A DNA stretch of 64,000 bases from a virus. The notes under the pieces were generated by a model that saw only the letters and a list, made by a program, of their open reading frames with translations, made no database searches and was not told the origin of the DNA. Within the stretch, counting starts at the first letter, position 1. The number at the start of each line of letters is the position of its first letter. Shown in pieces: positions 48,685-57,649 of the stretch. The stretch covers positions 15,900-79,899 of IMG/VR virus record IMGVR_UViG_3300046690_000339; one strand, 5' to 3'. The translations under genes were made by a program, and so were the position numbers.

Positions 48685-49215
48685 TTATGCTGGCGCATAT
48701 TCAAGAAGGGTGGAAGTTTCGGGTGCCTCAGTTTGGAGTTCCAGCCCTTTTCGCCATTGTTTCCGAATATGTTTGCTTATAATAAATGCTTGTAGGCACT
48801 TGATTGCAACAGACTTTAGAAGTGAATGTCTGTCAACAACAAATAGTCCCAAGATTTCTGTATATTCATTATGGATTGATGCAAGGCATTTGTTCTTTGG
48901 CTTAGATAACTCACGTTGCAAATGCATCCGAGCCCGTAAGATCTTTTCTTGTTTGCGAAGCACAACGGGAGTAAAGACGATACGCCATATTGTAATCCGT
49001 TCCAGAACATCAATCGTCTTTGCAATAGAGCTATCAAGATACTCAAACACCCAATTCCTTGAATTGACTTCTTGGTTAATCGCTGCTTCTCGTAATTTAT
49101 CTCTAAGCGCGTACAACTCAAACTGGTGTGTTAGTACAATGGTTGTAATGTGCACCCTCATTAGCCTATCGAACGCGATCATTGCGAAAAGCATGAACAA
49201 CCAGAAAAAAACCAT
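48685..49215 (-). CDS. Low-GC passenger protein with N-terminal TM segment
   Basis: AT-rich ORF convergent on the transposase. Confidence 0.55.
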   Translation of the reverse strand: MVFFWLFMLFAMIAFDRLMRVHITTIVLTHQFELYALRDKLREAAINQEVNSRNWVFEYLDSSIAKTIDVLERITIWRIVFTPVVLRKQEKILRARMHLQRELSKPKNKCLASIHNEYTEILGLFVVDRHSLLKSVAIKCLQAFIISKHIRKQWRKGLELQTEAPETSTLLEYAPA

Positions 49216-49218
49216 AAT

Positions 49219-49473
49219 TTATTTCTTTTTTTTGGGCGGCGGAGGATTTTCTGTATGGTGCAGGATGGTGGCAATCTGTGCTTGCTGGCGGTCACTCTTC
49301 CATTGACTTAGCCTTTTCACTTCCAAATCCAACACTTTTACCCTACCTTTCCAATAGCGGTTCTGCGCTAAAAACACAAGTATACCAATTATAAGCTTGG
49401 CCTGTTCGACGTTGTCGCAGATCGCCGTCACGGTCTGGTGCTCGATGAGTTCCTTGGAATCGGTTTCAATCAT
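49219..49473 (-). CDS. Hypothetical protein
   Basis: Coupled ORF. Confidence 0.4.
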   Translation of the reverse strand: MIETDSKELIEHQTVTAICDNVEQAKLIIGILVFLAQNRYWKGRVKVLDLEVKRLSQWKSDRQQAQIATILHHTENPPPPKKKK

Positions 49474-49527
49474 TGGCCTTGACTCCTAGCTCTCGCCCGT
49501 CTGTCGATCTCCACCTAACGGGCCACG

Positions 49528-49671
49528 TTAGGATTTGTCACTGCGGTTAATTTTCTTTGCTTCCCTAACTTTCACCATTGCTCGAGCTTGCTCCGGTGTC
49601 AGTACGCGCTTGGATTTCTTGCCACCTTTAGAGCCGATCGCTGCTAGGTATTGTTTGATCGCTTTATTCAT
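49528..49671 (-). CDS. Small basic protein (GSKGG...LTPEQAR type)
   Basis: Manual translation MNKAIKQYLAAIGSKGGKKSKRVLTPEQARAMV. Confidence 0.5.
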   Translation of the reverse strand: MNKAIKQYLAAIGSKGGKKSKRVLTPEQARAMVKVREAKKINRSDKS

Positions 49672-49867
49672 GTGTCAAATCGGCTCCATGCAATTCAACG
49701 GCAGTGAAATAATCCTGCCAGTCGTCAAATTTGAACTTTGCGACCTGCAATCTACGCAAAGCTTCACGGCTTGCTGCTCTTGTTTCCATGTTCAGCTTAG
49801 ACTCTAGTGCAGTCATGATCTCCTTATGGAGCCGCAATGATCGAATTATTCGTGTGTTGGTTTTCAT
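49664..49867 (-). CDS. Hypothetical protein
   Basis: AAGGAGG SD; TTGACA promoter upstream near 49913-49918. Confidence 0.5.
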   Translation of the reverse strand: MKTNTRIIRSLRLHKEIMTALESKLNMETRAASREALRRLQVAKFKFDDWQDYFTAVELHGADLTHE

Positions 49868-50357
49868 ATCGTACCTCCTTGATGATGGTAATATAACTCA
49901 TGCCGGTTATGATGTCAAGCTATTCCGCTTATGATATGAAAATAAATATTCTAAACATATTCTTGAGGTAATTCCTGACATATACCTCCTAACTTAGTCT
50001 GATATGATTTCCAAAGTTGGCACGATTATTTCCCTTTAATATCAAGGGGGCATTGCGAGCGTTTGACAAGCTTTTCTAGTTTAGACTACATTTAAATATC
50101 CGGCTTCAACCACCGCAAGCATTAGATTGCGCGCACGCACTTTGTGATTACCAGCTGCTGCTGTTTGACTCCACCACAAGTTTACCCTACCACTACAGCA
50201 ATGTGGATTTTATCCAAATCGATCCAGAGGAAACAATATTTGCCGTGTACCGTACCGGCTTCGATTTTTGCAGCTTCGTCCGCCGCTGCGCTATGATTGA
50301 TGGCCACCAAATAATCGATGGAGACGAATTCGCCGCCGCTGACTGCGAAGGTACTGC

Positions 50358-50879
50358 ATGAGCAAAGCGGAACCGGGATATCCACGTAAAAGAATACCGC
50401 TGGCTAAAGCTGCTAATGCTCTAGCCTATAGCGATCTAGGCTATCCAAATAATCAAATCGCCCAACTTGCCAATATTAGTGAAACTAGCGTTAGGGAAAT
50501 ACTGAACCAGCACGGCAGATGGGGTGTAAATCTAAAGGGTGTAGATAGAGCCGTGTTGGCGAGGCTTCGACAAGAGCAAAACGCTGTACTTGAGCAAGCT
50601 TGGAGAACCGGCGCAGCTCAAGCAATGGCACGTGCATTTACACCAGATAAGATGGAGAAAGCTAGCTTTTTACAACTTACAACCGGCGCATGTCAGGCAA
50701 TTGACAAGTCTTTGCTGCTAAGTGGAGCACCAACACAAATAGTTGGTCACATTGAGGACCGCCGCAGCATCGAATCACTCGAAGCACTTGCCACTGCACT
50801 CAGTCAAATGGTGACTGGGCATGAAGTGGGGGCAACTATGGGGGCATCCGTTGATGTTACCCCAACCAAACCAGAGTAG
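50358..50879 (+). CDS. HTH protein, probable terminase small subunit of a second phage
   Basis: N-terminal HTH; DKSLLLSGAPT; lies upstream of a TerL fragment. Confidence 0.5.
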   Translation: MSKAEPGYPRKRIPLAKAANALAYSDLGYPNNQIAQLANISETSVREILNQHGRWGVNLKGVDRAVLARLRQEQNAVLEQAWRTGAAQAMARAFTPDKMEKASFLQLTTGACQAIDKSLLLSGAPTQIVGHIEDRRSIESLEALATALSQMVTGHEVGATMGASVDVTPTKPE

Positions 50880-51106
50880 TATCATATACTTACAACAGCA
50901 ATGTGATTGCGTGTTGCTCTATCACATTGACATGACAGTTGAACTGCTACTGGACTTGGAACCCCCCCGCCGGGCAGCATTGGGCAGGCATTAACCCCCG
51001 CCACTGTAAATCCACAAAAGGGGCAAAGTTTTCGAACACCCCAAAAAAGGCCAGCTAAAAAAACAAAAAGCTTGACACCACAAACATTACCTGCTTATCA
51101 TGCGCA

Positions 51107-52132
51107 ATGACTCACATTGATTTATTTTCCGGTATTGGCGGGTTTGCATTAGCCGCACAGTGGGCGGGATTTCAGACAGTAGCGTTTGTGGAGATTGAGC
51201 CTTATGCGCAAGAGATCATCAAGCAGAACTTCGGGGCTGTGGCCGACGCCGCAAGCGCAGGAATGTCAGAAACAAGTGGACCGCTACGATCCAACAACGG
51301 GCCGGTGTTACCAGGCAACGGGGAGCGACTTTGGAATGTGTCTGACTCAAGCTGTCCAACTCTCCACTCCGATATCCGACAGTTCGACGGAGTCAGATAC
51401 AGGGGCGCAACTCTGCTTACCGGGGGGTTTCCATGCCAGCCATTTTCCCAGGCCGGGAAGCGAAGAGGTGCGGCAGATGACAGAGCGCTCTGGCCGGAAA
51501 TGTTCCGAGTTATATGTGAAGTCAGGCCCACTTGGGTGCTTGGTGAGAACGTTGCTGGAATCGTCACGATGGAACTCGACAACTGTATTTCTGACCTGGA
51601 AGGTGAAGGCTACTCCGTCCAACCGCTTATTATTCCAGCTTGCGCCGTCGATGCCATACACAGACGGGACAGAGTTTGGATTGTGGCCCACTGTGACACA
51701 GGACTCAGCGAATCAGCGGAGCCGAAAGTATGCGCAGGGGGGGATGCCGTTAGCTATGTGGGCTACGGTAACAGAGCAGGACAGCAGCAACGATGGGGGG
51801 CCGAGTCAGTACAAGCGGCACAGTTTACCGCTCAATGCACAGGTGAAGATGTGGACGACACCAACACAGAGGGATTACAGAGGGGCGTGCTTGCCGGAAC
51901 GAATCAACGAGAATGGCCAGAGAATGAGCATAGCCACGCCAGGAATGAAACACGGATTAAACCTGACGGACCAAGTCGGTGGCTCCCTGAACCCGACGTG
52001 GGTAGAGTGGCTCATGGGGTATCCGACCGGGTGGACCGCCTTAAAGGACTCGGCAACGCGATTGTTCCGCAGGTCGCGTATGAAATCCTCAAGGGAATCG
52101 CGGTTATCGAAGGAAAAACCCAAGTCCGATGA
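51107..52132 (+). CDS. C5-cytosine DNA methyltransferase (alpha-like chain)
   Basis: DLFSGIGG, GGFPCQPFS, ENV, HRRDRVWI and LGNAIVP motifs; no motif IX in this frame. Confidence 0.9.
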   Translation: MTHIDLFSGIGGFALAAQWAGFQTVAFVEIEPYAQEIIKQNFGAVADAASAGMSETSGPLRSNNGPVLPGNGERLWNVSDSSCPTLHSDIRQFDGVRYRGATLLTGGFPCQPFSQAGKRRGAADDRALWPEMFRVICEVRPTWVLGENVAGIVTMELDNCISDLEGEGYSVQPLIIPACAVDAIHRRDRVWIVAHCDTGLSESAEPKVCAGGDAVSYVGYGNRAGQQQRWGAESVQAAQFTAQCTGEDVDDTNTEGLQRGVLAGTNQREWPENEHSHARNETRIKPDGPSRWLPEPDVGRVAHGVSDRVDRLKGLGNAIVPQVAYEILKGIAVIEGKTQVR

Positions 52133-52295
52133 ACGTCCAGGACTTACTGGCCCAGGTGCCATTGGATTTACCGCCAGCCGAGAAGCAGGCGGCATTTCGG
52201 GAGATTCTGCTAAAGCTGAGTCCAGAGGACAAGGAGAAGGTAGCCAAGGAGACATTGGGGCATTTGCGGGATGCCCGGCAACTAAACCAGATTGA
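51186..52295 (+). CDS. Overlapping +1-frame ORF, probable beta chain (TRD-like repeats plus motif IX)
   Basis: Four WxT(P/V) repeats and LNPTWVEWLMGYPTGWT; true start uncertain. Confidence 0.6.
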   Translation: MWRLSLMRKRSSSRTSGLWPTPQAQECQKQVDRYDPTTGRCYQATGSDFGMCLTQAVQLSTPISDSSTESDTGAQLCLPGGFHASHFPRPGSEEVRQMTERSGRKCSELYVKSGPLGCLVRTLLESSRWNSTTVFLTWKVKATPSNRLLFQLAPSMPYTDGTEFGLWPTVTQDSANQRSRKYAQGGMPLAMWATVTEQDSSNDGGPSQYKRHSLPLNAQVKMWTTPTQRDYRGACLPERINENGQRMSIATPGMKHGLNLTDQVGGSLNPTWVEWLMGYPTGWTALKDSATRLFRRSRMKSSRESRLSKEKPKSDERPGLTGPGAIGFTASREAGGISGDSAKAESRGQGEGSQGDIGAFAGCPATKPD

Positions 52296-52760
52296 GTATT
52301 ACCAGTTGGCGAATCCTGACGCGATTGGGGTGCATTTGGCGACGACGAAGGAAGTGATAGCGGTAGGGGGGAACAGGTCGAGCAAGACGGACACTATTTT
52401 AGCTGATGTGGTTATCTGCATGACGAAGATCGTGCCGAGGTCGTTGGCGGATATTTATCCCAAGGAGAAATTGCAATGTCCGATGCGGGTCCGATTGATG
52501 TGCGAGAGTTTGACGAATACTTGGGAGCCGGTAATCAAGCAGAAGTTGCAGTGGGACAAGTGGAACGGGCGTGGGGAACCGGGTGGGCCATTCGGGCATT
52601 GGGGCTGGATACCCAGGAGTTTTCTTTTGAAGGGCCGTTGGGACGAGTCGTGGAGCGAGAAGAACCGCACTTTGACTCTTGTCTGTGGTTGCACCATGCA
52701 GGTGATGAGTTACGATCAGGACGTGGAGGACTTGTCTGGGGCATCGATTCATCGAGTAAT
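52129..52760 (+). pseudogene. Terminase large subunit N-terminal fragment (second phage)
   Basis: GGNRSSKT Walker A-like motif; breaks off just before the expected Walker B. Confidence 0.65.
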
Positions 52761-53179
52761 TAAGCAAGTTTCGGATCATCCGCTGGATTATTGCCAAAAC
52801 CGAAAACGTCGTAGAATTCTTCTGCCGTAGGGGAATAATGCGTTTCACTTCCTACTGGTGTATCCTTGCCGCGGTAAACTCCTAGCGTTGTTAAGCCACG
52901 TAGTTTTTGAAAAACACCATCCATCGGTTCGTCAGTATATTGCTTGATGGCGCTGCCACTAGCATCGGTCCAGACACCTACGGCGGTGAGTGTAGCGGCG
53001 ACATTGGCATCTATCTGATTGGCTCCATTCTGCGTGGTAAAAATATGTATGCTGTACATACTAGAAGCATCATCTGCACTACTACGCACCACGGCATTGC
53101 GCCTAAAGATGTTGCTTGGCTCGGAATCAAGGCATTGATGGAAGTAGAGGAACGCGTGGCCAAGTTGGAAGCCAAATGA
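52760..53179. pseudogene. Peptidase S74 chaperone domain split by an inversion
   Basis: WTDAS...K...HYSPTAEEFYDVFG on the - strand; GIAPKD...IKAL...KLE on the + strand. Confidence 0.55.
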
Positions 53180-53403
53180 CTGTTGAAGAAATAATCAAGG
53201 AATTGGCGATCAAGCCTGACATGGTTTTTATTGATGGCGATCATAGTTATGAGAGTGTGAAGATCGATTTGGAAAAGTGGAAAGATGCGCCGTTTTTATG
53301 CGGTCACGACGCGACTTGGTATACCGTCAGACAAGCGCTGGATGAATTTGATCGCGATATTGCTTTAGTTGAAGGCACGGATATCTGGTATGCGACAAGT
53401 TAA
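53176..53403 (+). pseudogene. Methyltransf_24-like fragment
   Basis: VFIDGDHSYE and GHD motifs; N-terminal half missing. Confidence 0.55.
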
Positions 53404-53840
53404 ATCCAATCATCCTGCTGGCACCGTCGGATACATCCAGGCCAATCGGCCACGTTTTCAGGGCTTTTATGATTCCGTGGAACGGCTGCAAGTGCCTGAG
53501 GGCACGGCATTGGAACGTGCGAGCAATTATAACGCCGCGCATAACCGAAACGAATTAATTAGTGGCATTGAAGGAGAATGGATTCTATTTTTAGATGACG
53601 ATCATGTTTTCGAGGATACCGCGCTTCTGCGCTTGCTTGATCGTAATGTCGATATTGTTTCTGCTCTTTATTGTCGGCGTTATCCGCCCTTTGATCCAGT
53701 GGTGTATCACGGCATTGATTTGGCAGAGAAGCGGATGGAACTCTATACGTGGGAAGGATTAAGCGAGGAATCGGGACTTTTGGAAATCGCCGGTTGTGGC
53801 GCGGGCTTTATGCTGGTTAAGGGAAAAGTGCTTGAGGCAT
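53390..53840 (+). pseudogene. Glycosyltransferase fragment
   Basis: RN, FLDDDHVF and GAGFMLV motifs; truncated. Confidence 0.6.
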
Positions 53841-53867
53841 CGGCACGTACAGTAACCTCCACCACTG

Positions 53868-54052
53868 TCGATGCTCAACGCGTGAGAGCCGTTAAATCTT
53901 CGGTCATCAGGGACCAAAACGTCCAAGTGCGGTGACTCGGTCACGCTTTGCCGCTTCCCGCTCCAATAATCTCGCAGCGATGAATAGCGGAGAACTTTCG
54001 CCGTTCAGGTCCTGTCCTAATTGGAAAACGGCCAACTTTTCAATTATTAGGT
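53868..54052. repeat. Copy of the 58986-59193 region: 46 bp inverted plus 140 bp direct
   Basis: 53868-53913 is the reverse complement of 58986-59031; 53913-54052 equals 59054-59193. Confidence 0.9.
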
Positions 54053-54139
54053 GCGAAAGAACTGCCGTCCAGGTATCCAGCGATGCGCGCCTGAGATATT
54101 GCCAGCCGGTGCTCTTGTTCCGCTCATTCCCATGTTTCG

Positions 54140-54168
54140 AGTGTATCAAATTGTTACATAGATGTCAA
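54140..54168 (-). promoter_or_regulatory. Sigma70 promoter with operator (copy 3)
   Basis: TTGACA-17-TACACT; palindrome GTATCA-AAT-TGTTAC at 54143-54157. Confidence 0.7.
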
Positions 54169-54180
54169 GTAGGAAAATAA

Positions 54181-54612
54181 TTATTTCGCCAGCAGCGATT
54201 GAAGCTGCGAGTAGGGGCACTCCATCACGTCGCAGCCGTCCGTGGACAGCTCCTCGGCGATCTTGAACACACCATGGTTCTTCATGTGAAAGATGACGGC
54301 CTGGGAGTTGGGCGGAATGTGGCGCGTCGTCTTCTTGATGTGCAGCGGCTTGCCGTCGCCGTCGATCTCGACGCTCGACTCCTCGCAGTCATAGCCCTTG
54401 ATGAGCTTCTGCAGGCTGTCTTTGGCGAGCGTCGCCCAATAGTTCCGACCGTCCTCGACGGCGGCGAAGAACTCTTTGTGCTGCTGCCACTCCTTGAACA
54501 GCTCGGCCGACAGACCCATCTCCTTGGCGATCTCCTCGTCGCTCAATCCCCAGCGGGCAATCCAGCGGGCGAGCTGCGGGTGCAAGCTGCGGCGGTACTT
54601 GGTTTCTTTCAT
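54181..54612 (-). CDS. HTH protein of terminase-small-subunit-like type
   Basis: GLSDEEIAKEMG...W...EF..A...G; PPNSQAVIFHMKN; start MKETK. Confidence 0.6.
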   Translation of the reverse strand: MKETKYRRSLHPQLARWIARWGLSDEEIAKEMGLSAELFKEWQQHKEFFAAVEDGRNYWATLAKDSLQKLIKGYDCEESSVEIDGDGKPLHIKKTTRHIPPNSQAVIFHMKNHGVFKIAEELSTDGCDVMECPYSQLQSLLAK

Positions 54613-54668
54613 TTTCGCTCTACACGTTTCGCCACCTTCGATACGCAAAGGAAAGTGACACTGCCAAG

Positions 54669-55022
54669 CTATTGAGATTGTTGAATAGACCTCAAAAGCC
54701 TGGTGGTTATATGTAATTTTCGCAAGTATTCGCCACGCCTCATTACGCTCGAATGGCTAGGCAGTGGATTTTTCAAAAATTGCCTCGCCAGCGCTCTGCT
54801 CCAGATAGGACTCGGACCAGAGCAGCAGACACTTCCATGCCGCGTCTTTTGCCTCGGGATTATCGGCCTCGCGTTTTCTTCGAGGTGATCGAGCATATCA
54901 ATCGCTACCACTGCGAGCTTTACTCCGATCAAACCAGTGATCTGGCCGAGTGCCTCGTTTGCGGCGTCCAGCCCCTCAAATGAATCTGGCTTCAGCTGTT
55001 CACTATTTTTATTCGTGGCCAT
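54669..55022 (-). pseudogene. Probable ParB-like partner gene broken near 54868
   Basis: AVVAIDML..LEENAR followed by apparently unrelated sequence. Confidence 0.35.
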
Positions 55023-55777
55023 CGATAGTCCGTAGTCTTTGCCGCCTTGCGCCTGTTGCATGTTTTGCAGAGCGGCTGAATGTTGCCGATTAAATTTGGA
55101 CCGTGCTTTACGAGCGGAATGACGTGATCCGGTTCAAGCCTTATTTCCGGCTCTCGCCGTCCACAGCATAGGCATCTGTGGTCATATAGTGCTTTAAGAG
55201 CCGTCCATTCTTCTGGCGTATATCCTTCGGCGGTTTGTCGGCGGCGGCGAGCGTTAAGGGCGGCCATCCAATCTGGGTTGGCGCGGCGCCACGCCCTTTG
55301 CGTTGCCTGGTATCTGGCCTTCCTGTCCGGATTGTTGACGACGTTTAGGCGTCTCCACCTTCCATTGCTCGCGATTATGATCGCCTTATTTTCGTTGTAA
55401 TAACCACGGATTTGCTCAAGAGCATGTTGCCGATTTTGGCTATAACGGCGCCTGCGCTCGATGCTCTTACAGTCTTTGCAATAAGGAAACTTGCCATCGT
55501 CCGCCGATTTGTTTTGATGAAACTCGCTGAATGGTTTTTCGAGTCGACATTTTAAACAGATCTTGCCGCCGTTTTTTGTTAGCTTTCGAATAGCCCGAGA
55601 TGTAATTCTTGGAATCGGATGCAATGCGCGATGGCGCTCCATGCTCCTCTTTTTTGTGCAGTCCTTGCAGCTATTACCGGAGCCTGCGTAAAACTCCCTG
55701 ACGGAATCTTTTTTCTTGCCGCATTGGATACAGATCCTTCTCTTTAGCTTTTTGTTTGGCCGTGGTTTTTTTTCCAA
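54992..55777 (-). CDS. HNH endonuclease with CxxC repeats
   Basis: CLCCG...DHVIPL..HG.N...NIQPLCKTCN. Confidence 0.85.
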   Translation of the reverse strand: MEKKPRPNKKLKRRICIQCGKKKDSVREFYAGSGNSCKDCTKKRSMERHRALHPIPRITSRAIRKLTKNGGKICLKCRLEKPFSEFHQNKSADDGKFPYCKDCKSIERRRRYSQNRQHALEQIRGYYNENKAIIIASNGRWRRLNVVNNPDRKARYQATQRAWRRANPDWMAALNARRRRQTAEGYTPEEWTALKALYDHRCLCCGRREPEIRLEPDHVIPLVKHGPNLIGNIQPLCKTCNRRKAAKTTDYRWPRIKIVNS

Positions 55778-57042
55778 AATTCAAACCCTTCTTCCAGACT
55801 CCAGCGGCCCGGCGCCGCGATGTAGTTGAGCATGCCTTCTTTGCGCAAATGCAGTTTGAACAAACCGCGGTATTTCTGCGACACCGGCTTGTTGGTAAAG
55901 GCTGTCGTGCCGATCGATTCGATCCTGCGGTTTTGCTGCATCTCGCAGAGCGCGCGGGCTTCCGTCGACAGGCATGCGGCGAGGACCAGCTTAGAGAGCC
56001 GCTTGTAAATAGACGGACGGATGGCGAGATCCGTCATCATATATACATCGCAGAACGACCCATAGGCCGGTGGCGGCGTGAAGCTGAACGCCCCGGCGAC
56101 CTCGCCGACCAGAACGGCGAAGTTCTGTTGCGCCGCCGCCGGCTTGATCGTCGGCGCGAGGTATTGAGAACGGAGACCGTTCATCTGTGGTGACGTGATC
56201 GGAGCAATCTTCAGCGCGCCGCTGGCTATCGCGGTCAGCCGGTTGACCAGGACGGGCTCGATCTTTTGGACCGGTCCCACCACTCGCGCGGCGGCATTGC
56301 CCCCAGAATAGACGTAGACCGGCCTGGACAGCGCGCTCGTCTGCATCTTGCACCTCAGGTGCCCCTCGAGCTCTGGCACCACGCAGTCGCGCATTGTGAG
56401 CCATTCACGCTTGGTTTTCATCGTCTCGATGAGTTCGATATAGCGGTTATCGTCGAACATCGCGTAACTCGGCTGGTCCCAGGCAAAGATCTCGTCGACC
56501 TTTTTATAAAGCCGTTCGTATCCTTTATTGTACGTCGGTGGAAAACACGCGAAGACGCAGTCTTCCGGCGCCATTGCGCAGAAATCGACAACATCACCGG
56601 CGAAAAAGGATTTGAGCACGATGCCGTCAAGCGCGGCTGTGACCTTCTCGATAGTCTTCTGCATGAGATCAGGCCATTGCTTCTGATAGGCTTTGATCAT
56701 TCTGAGATGATAAACCTCTTGGCGGTCCGCCGACTGGAACATTTCCATGCAGAGCAGCAGCGTCGCGATCGTGCCGACGCCGCCGGTCAAATACTGTGTC
56801 AGCCACTCCCAATCCGGTCGCTGCACCCTGACCTCGATGTCGTTGCCGGCCAGGTGCGAGCCCAGCACGCAGCTGTACAGCGAGACGTCGTTGCCGTGGA
56901 GCTCGGAGGGAGCGAACTGGGAGACGATCCTCTCCACCGTGGCGTTGCCGGTGCAGCCGACATAGACGTTGGCGCCCTTCCAGCGATGCGCGATCTCGGC
57001 GACCACGGCGCGCAGGTTTTCGTTTATGGCTCCGATGAACAT
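55744..57042 (-). CDS. DNA-modification fusion: adenine-MTase-like fold plus C-terminal Mom-like GNAT domain
   Basis: N-terminus: VGCTGN, GNDVS and FPPTY (variant of DPPY). C-terminus: LKIAPI-helix-FAVLVG..AGAFSF, TDLAI, KRLSKLV, TTAF and KYRG in GNAT/Mom order. Recognised by eye. Confidence 0.6.
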   Translation of the reverse strand: MFIGAINENLRAVVAEIAHRWKGANVYVGCTGNATVERIVSQFAPSELHGNDVSLYSCVLGSHLAGNDIEVRVQRPDWEWLTQYLTGGVGTIATLLLCMEMFQSADRQEVYHLRMIKAYQKQWPDLMQKTIEKVTAALDGIVLKSFFAGDVVDFCAMAPEDCVFACFPPTYNKGYERLYKKVDEIFAWDQPSYAMFDDNRYIELIETMKTKREWLTMRDCVVPELEGHLRCKMQTSALSRPVYVYSGGNAAARVVGPVQKIEPVLVNRLTAIASGALKIAPITSPQMNGLRSQYLAPTIKPAAAQQNFAVLVGEVAGAFSFTPPPAYGSFCDVYMMTDLAIRPSIYKRLSKLVLAACLSTEARALCEMQQNRRIESIGTTAFTNKPVSQKYRGLFKLHLRKEGMLNYIAAPGRWSLEEGFEFWKKNHGQTKS

Positions 57043-57043
57043 A

Positions 57044-57241
57044 ATTTCTCAGCTTGGGTCAGGTCGTTCCTTTTAGGCTTCCTGGCCGATTTAGCTCGAC
57101 GCTTTGATTCGCGGGCTGCGCGCTTCCCGTCTGGCAGCTTCGGCCACTCGCCAGCGAAGTTCCCCGTCTATCCGTGAGTGTTCGCATCAGGAGTTTCACC
57201 CTTGCGGCCTATTCGTGCCAACCTAACCCAAGCTCAGAAAT
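57044..57241 (-). promoter_or_regulatory. Structured leader closed by a 21-bp stem
   Basis: 57221-57241 pairs with 57044-57064 (19 Watson-Crick, 1 G-U, 1 mismatch); the stem ends 1 nt before the ATG. Confidence 0.7.
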
Positions 57242-57242
57242 C

Positions 57243-57318
57243 TGGAGCGCTGCGGTCGGTGCTTCCCCGCCCTTTCCCGGCTGGTGGCCGGGCGTGTCAA
57301 TGGTTTCACTTGCAGCGC
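57243..57318 (-). ncRNA. Non-canonical tRNA-Gly-like RNA (anticodon ACC, encoded CCA)
   Basis: GCGCTGC AA GTG AAACCATTGA CAC G CCCGG CCACCAG CCGGG AAAG GGCGG GGAAGCA CCGACC GCAGCGC T CCA; 76 nt cloverleaf. Confidence 0.8.
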
Positions 57319-57638
57319 ATATCATGGCTATCTTCTTGGTCCACAGGGACTGAATATACTCCTTGAACCGCTTTTTGGACTCGCGACGAAATGGGCAGAG
57401 AAACCGGATTTAAAAGTCGGAACTCTGACCGGCCCGTTGAAACTATTTTCTTAGTCTCCGCCTCTTTGGCTGCAATCCACGTCTGCAAGGCTTCCTCGCG
57501 GATGCGCCAGACTTTTTTACGACGACCTGCACGGAGAATGATTCCCGGTAGTTGGCCGCTTTTAAGCATTGTCGTGACGGTCCAGCGGCTTAATCCCAGG
57601 ATGGATCCAGCTTCCGTAATTGAAAGTAGCTTCAACAT
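57306..57638 (-). CDS. Excisionase-like HTH protein
   Basis: LLSITEAGSILGLSRWTV..ML.SG.LP...WRI. Confidence 0.75.
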   Translation of the reverse strand: MLKLLSITEAGSILGLSRWTVTTMLKSGQLPGIILRAGRRKKVWRIREEALQTWIAAKEAETKKIVSTGRSEFRLLNPVSLPISSRVQKAVQGVYSVPVDQEDSHDMRCK

Positions 57639-57649
57639 CGGTGTAGCTC

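Noticed and set aside
57243-57318. Canonical translational tRNA-Gly
   Set aside because: Lacks U8, D-loop GG, U33 and TTC, and has a T-stem bulge; reported as a tRNA-like RNA instead.
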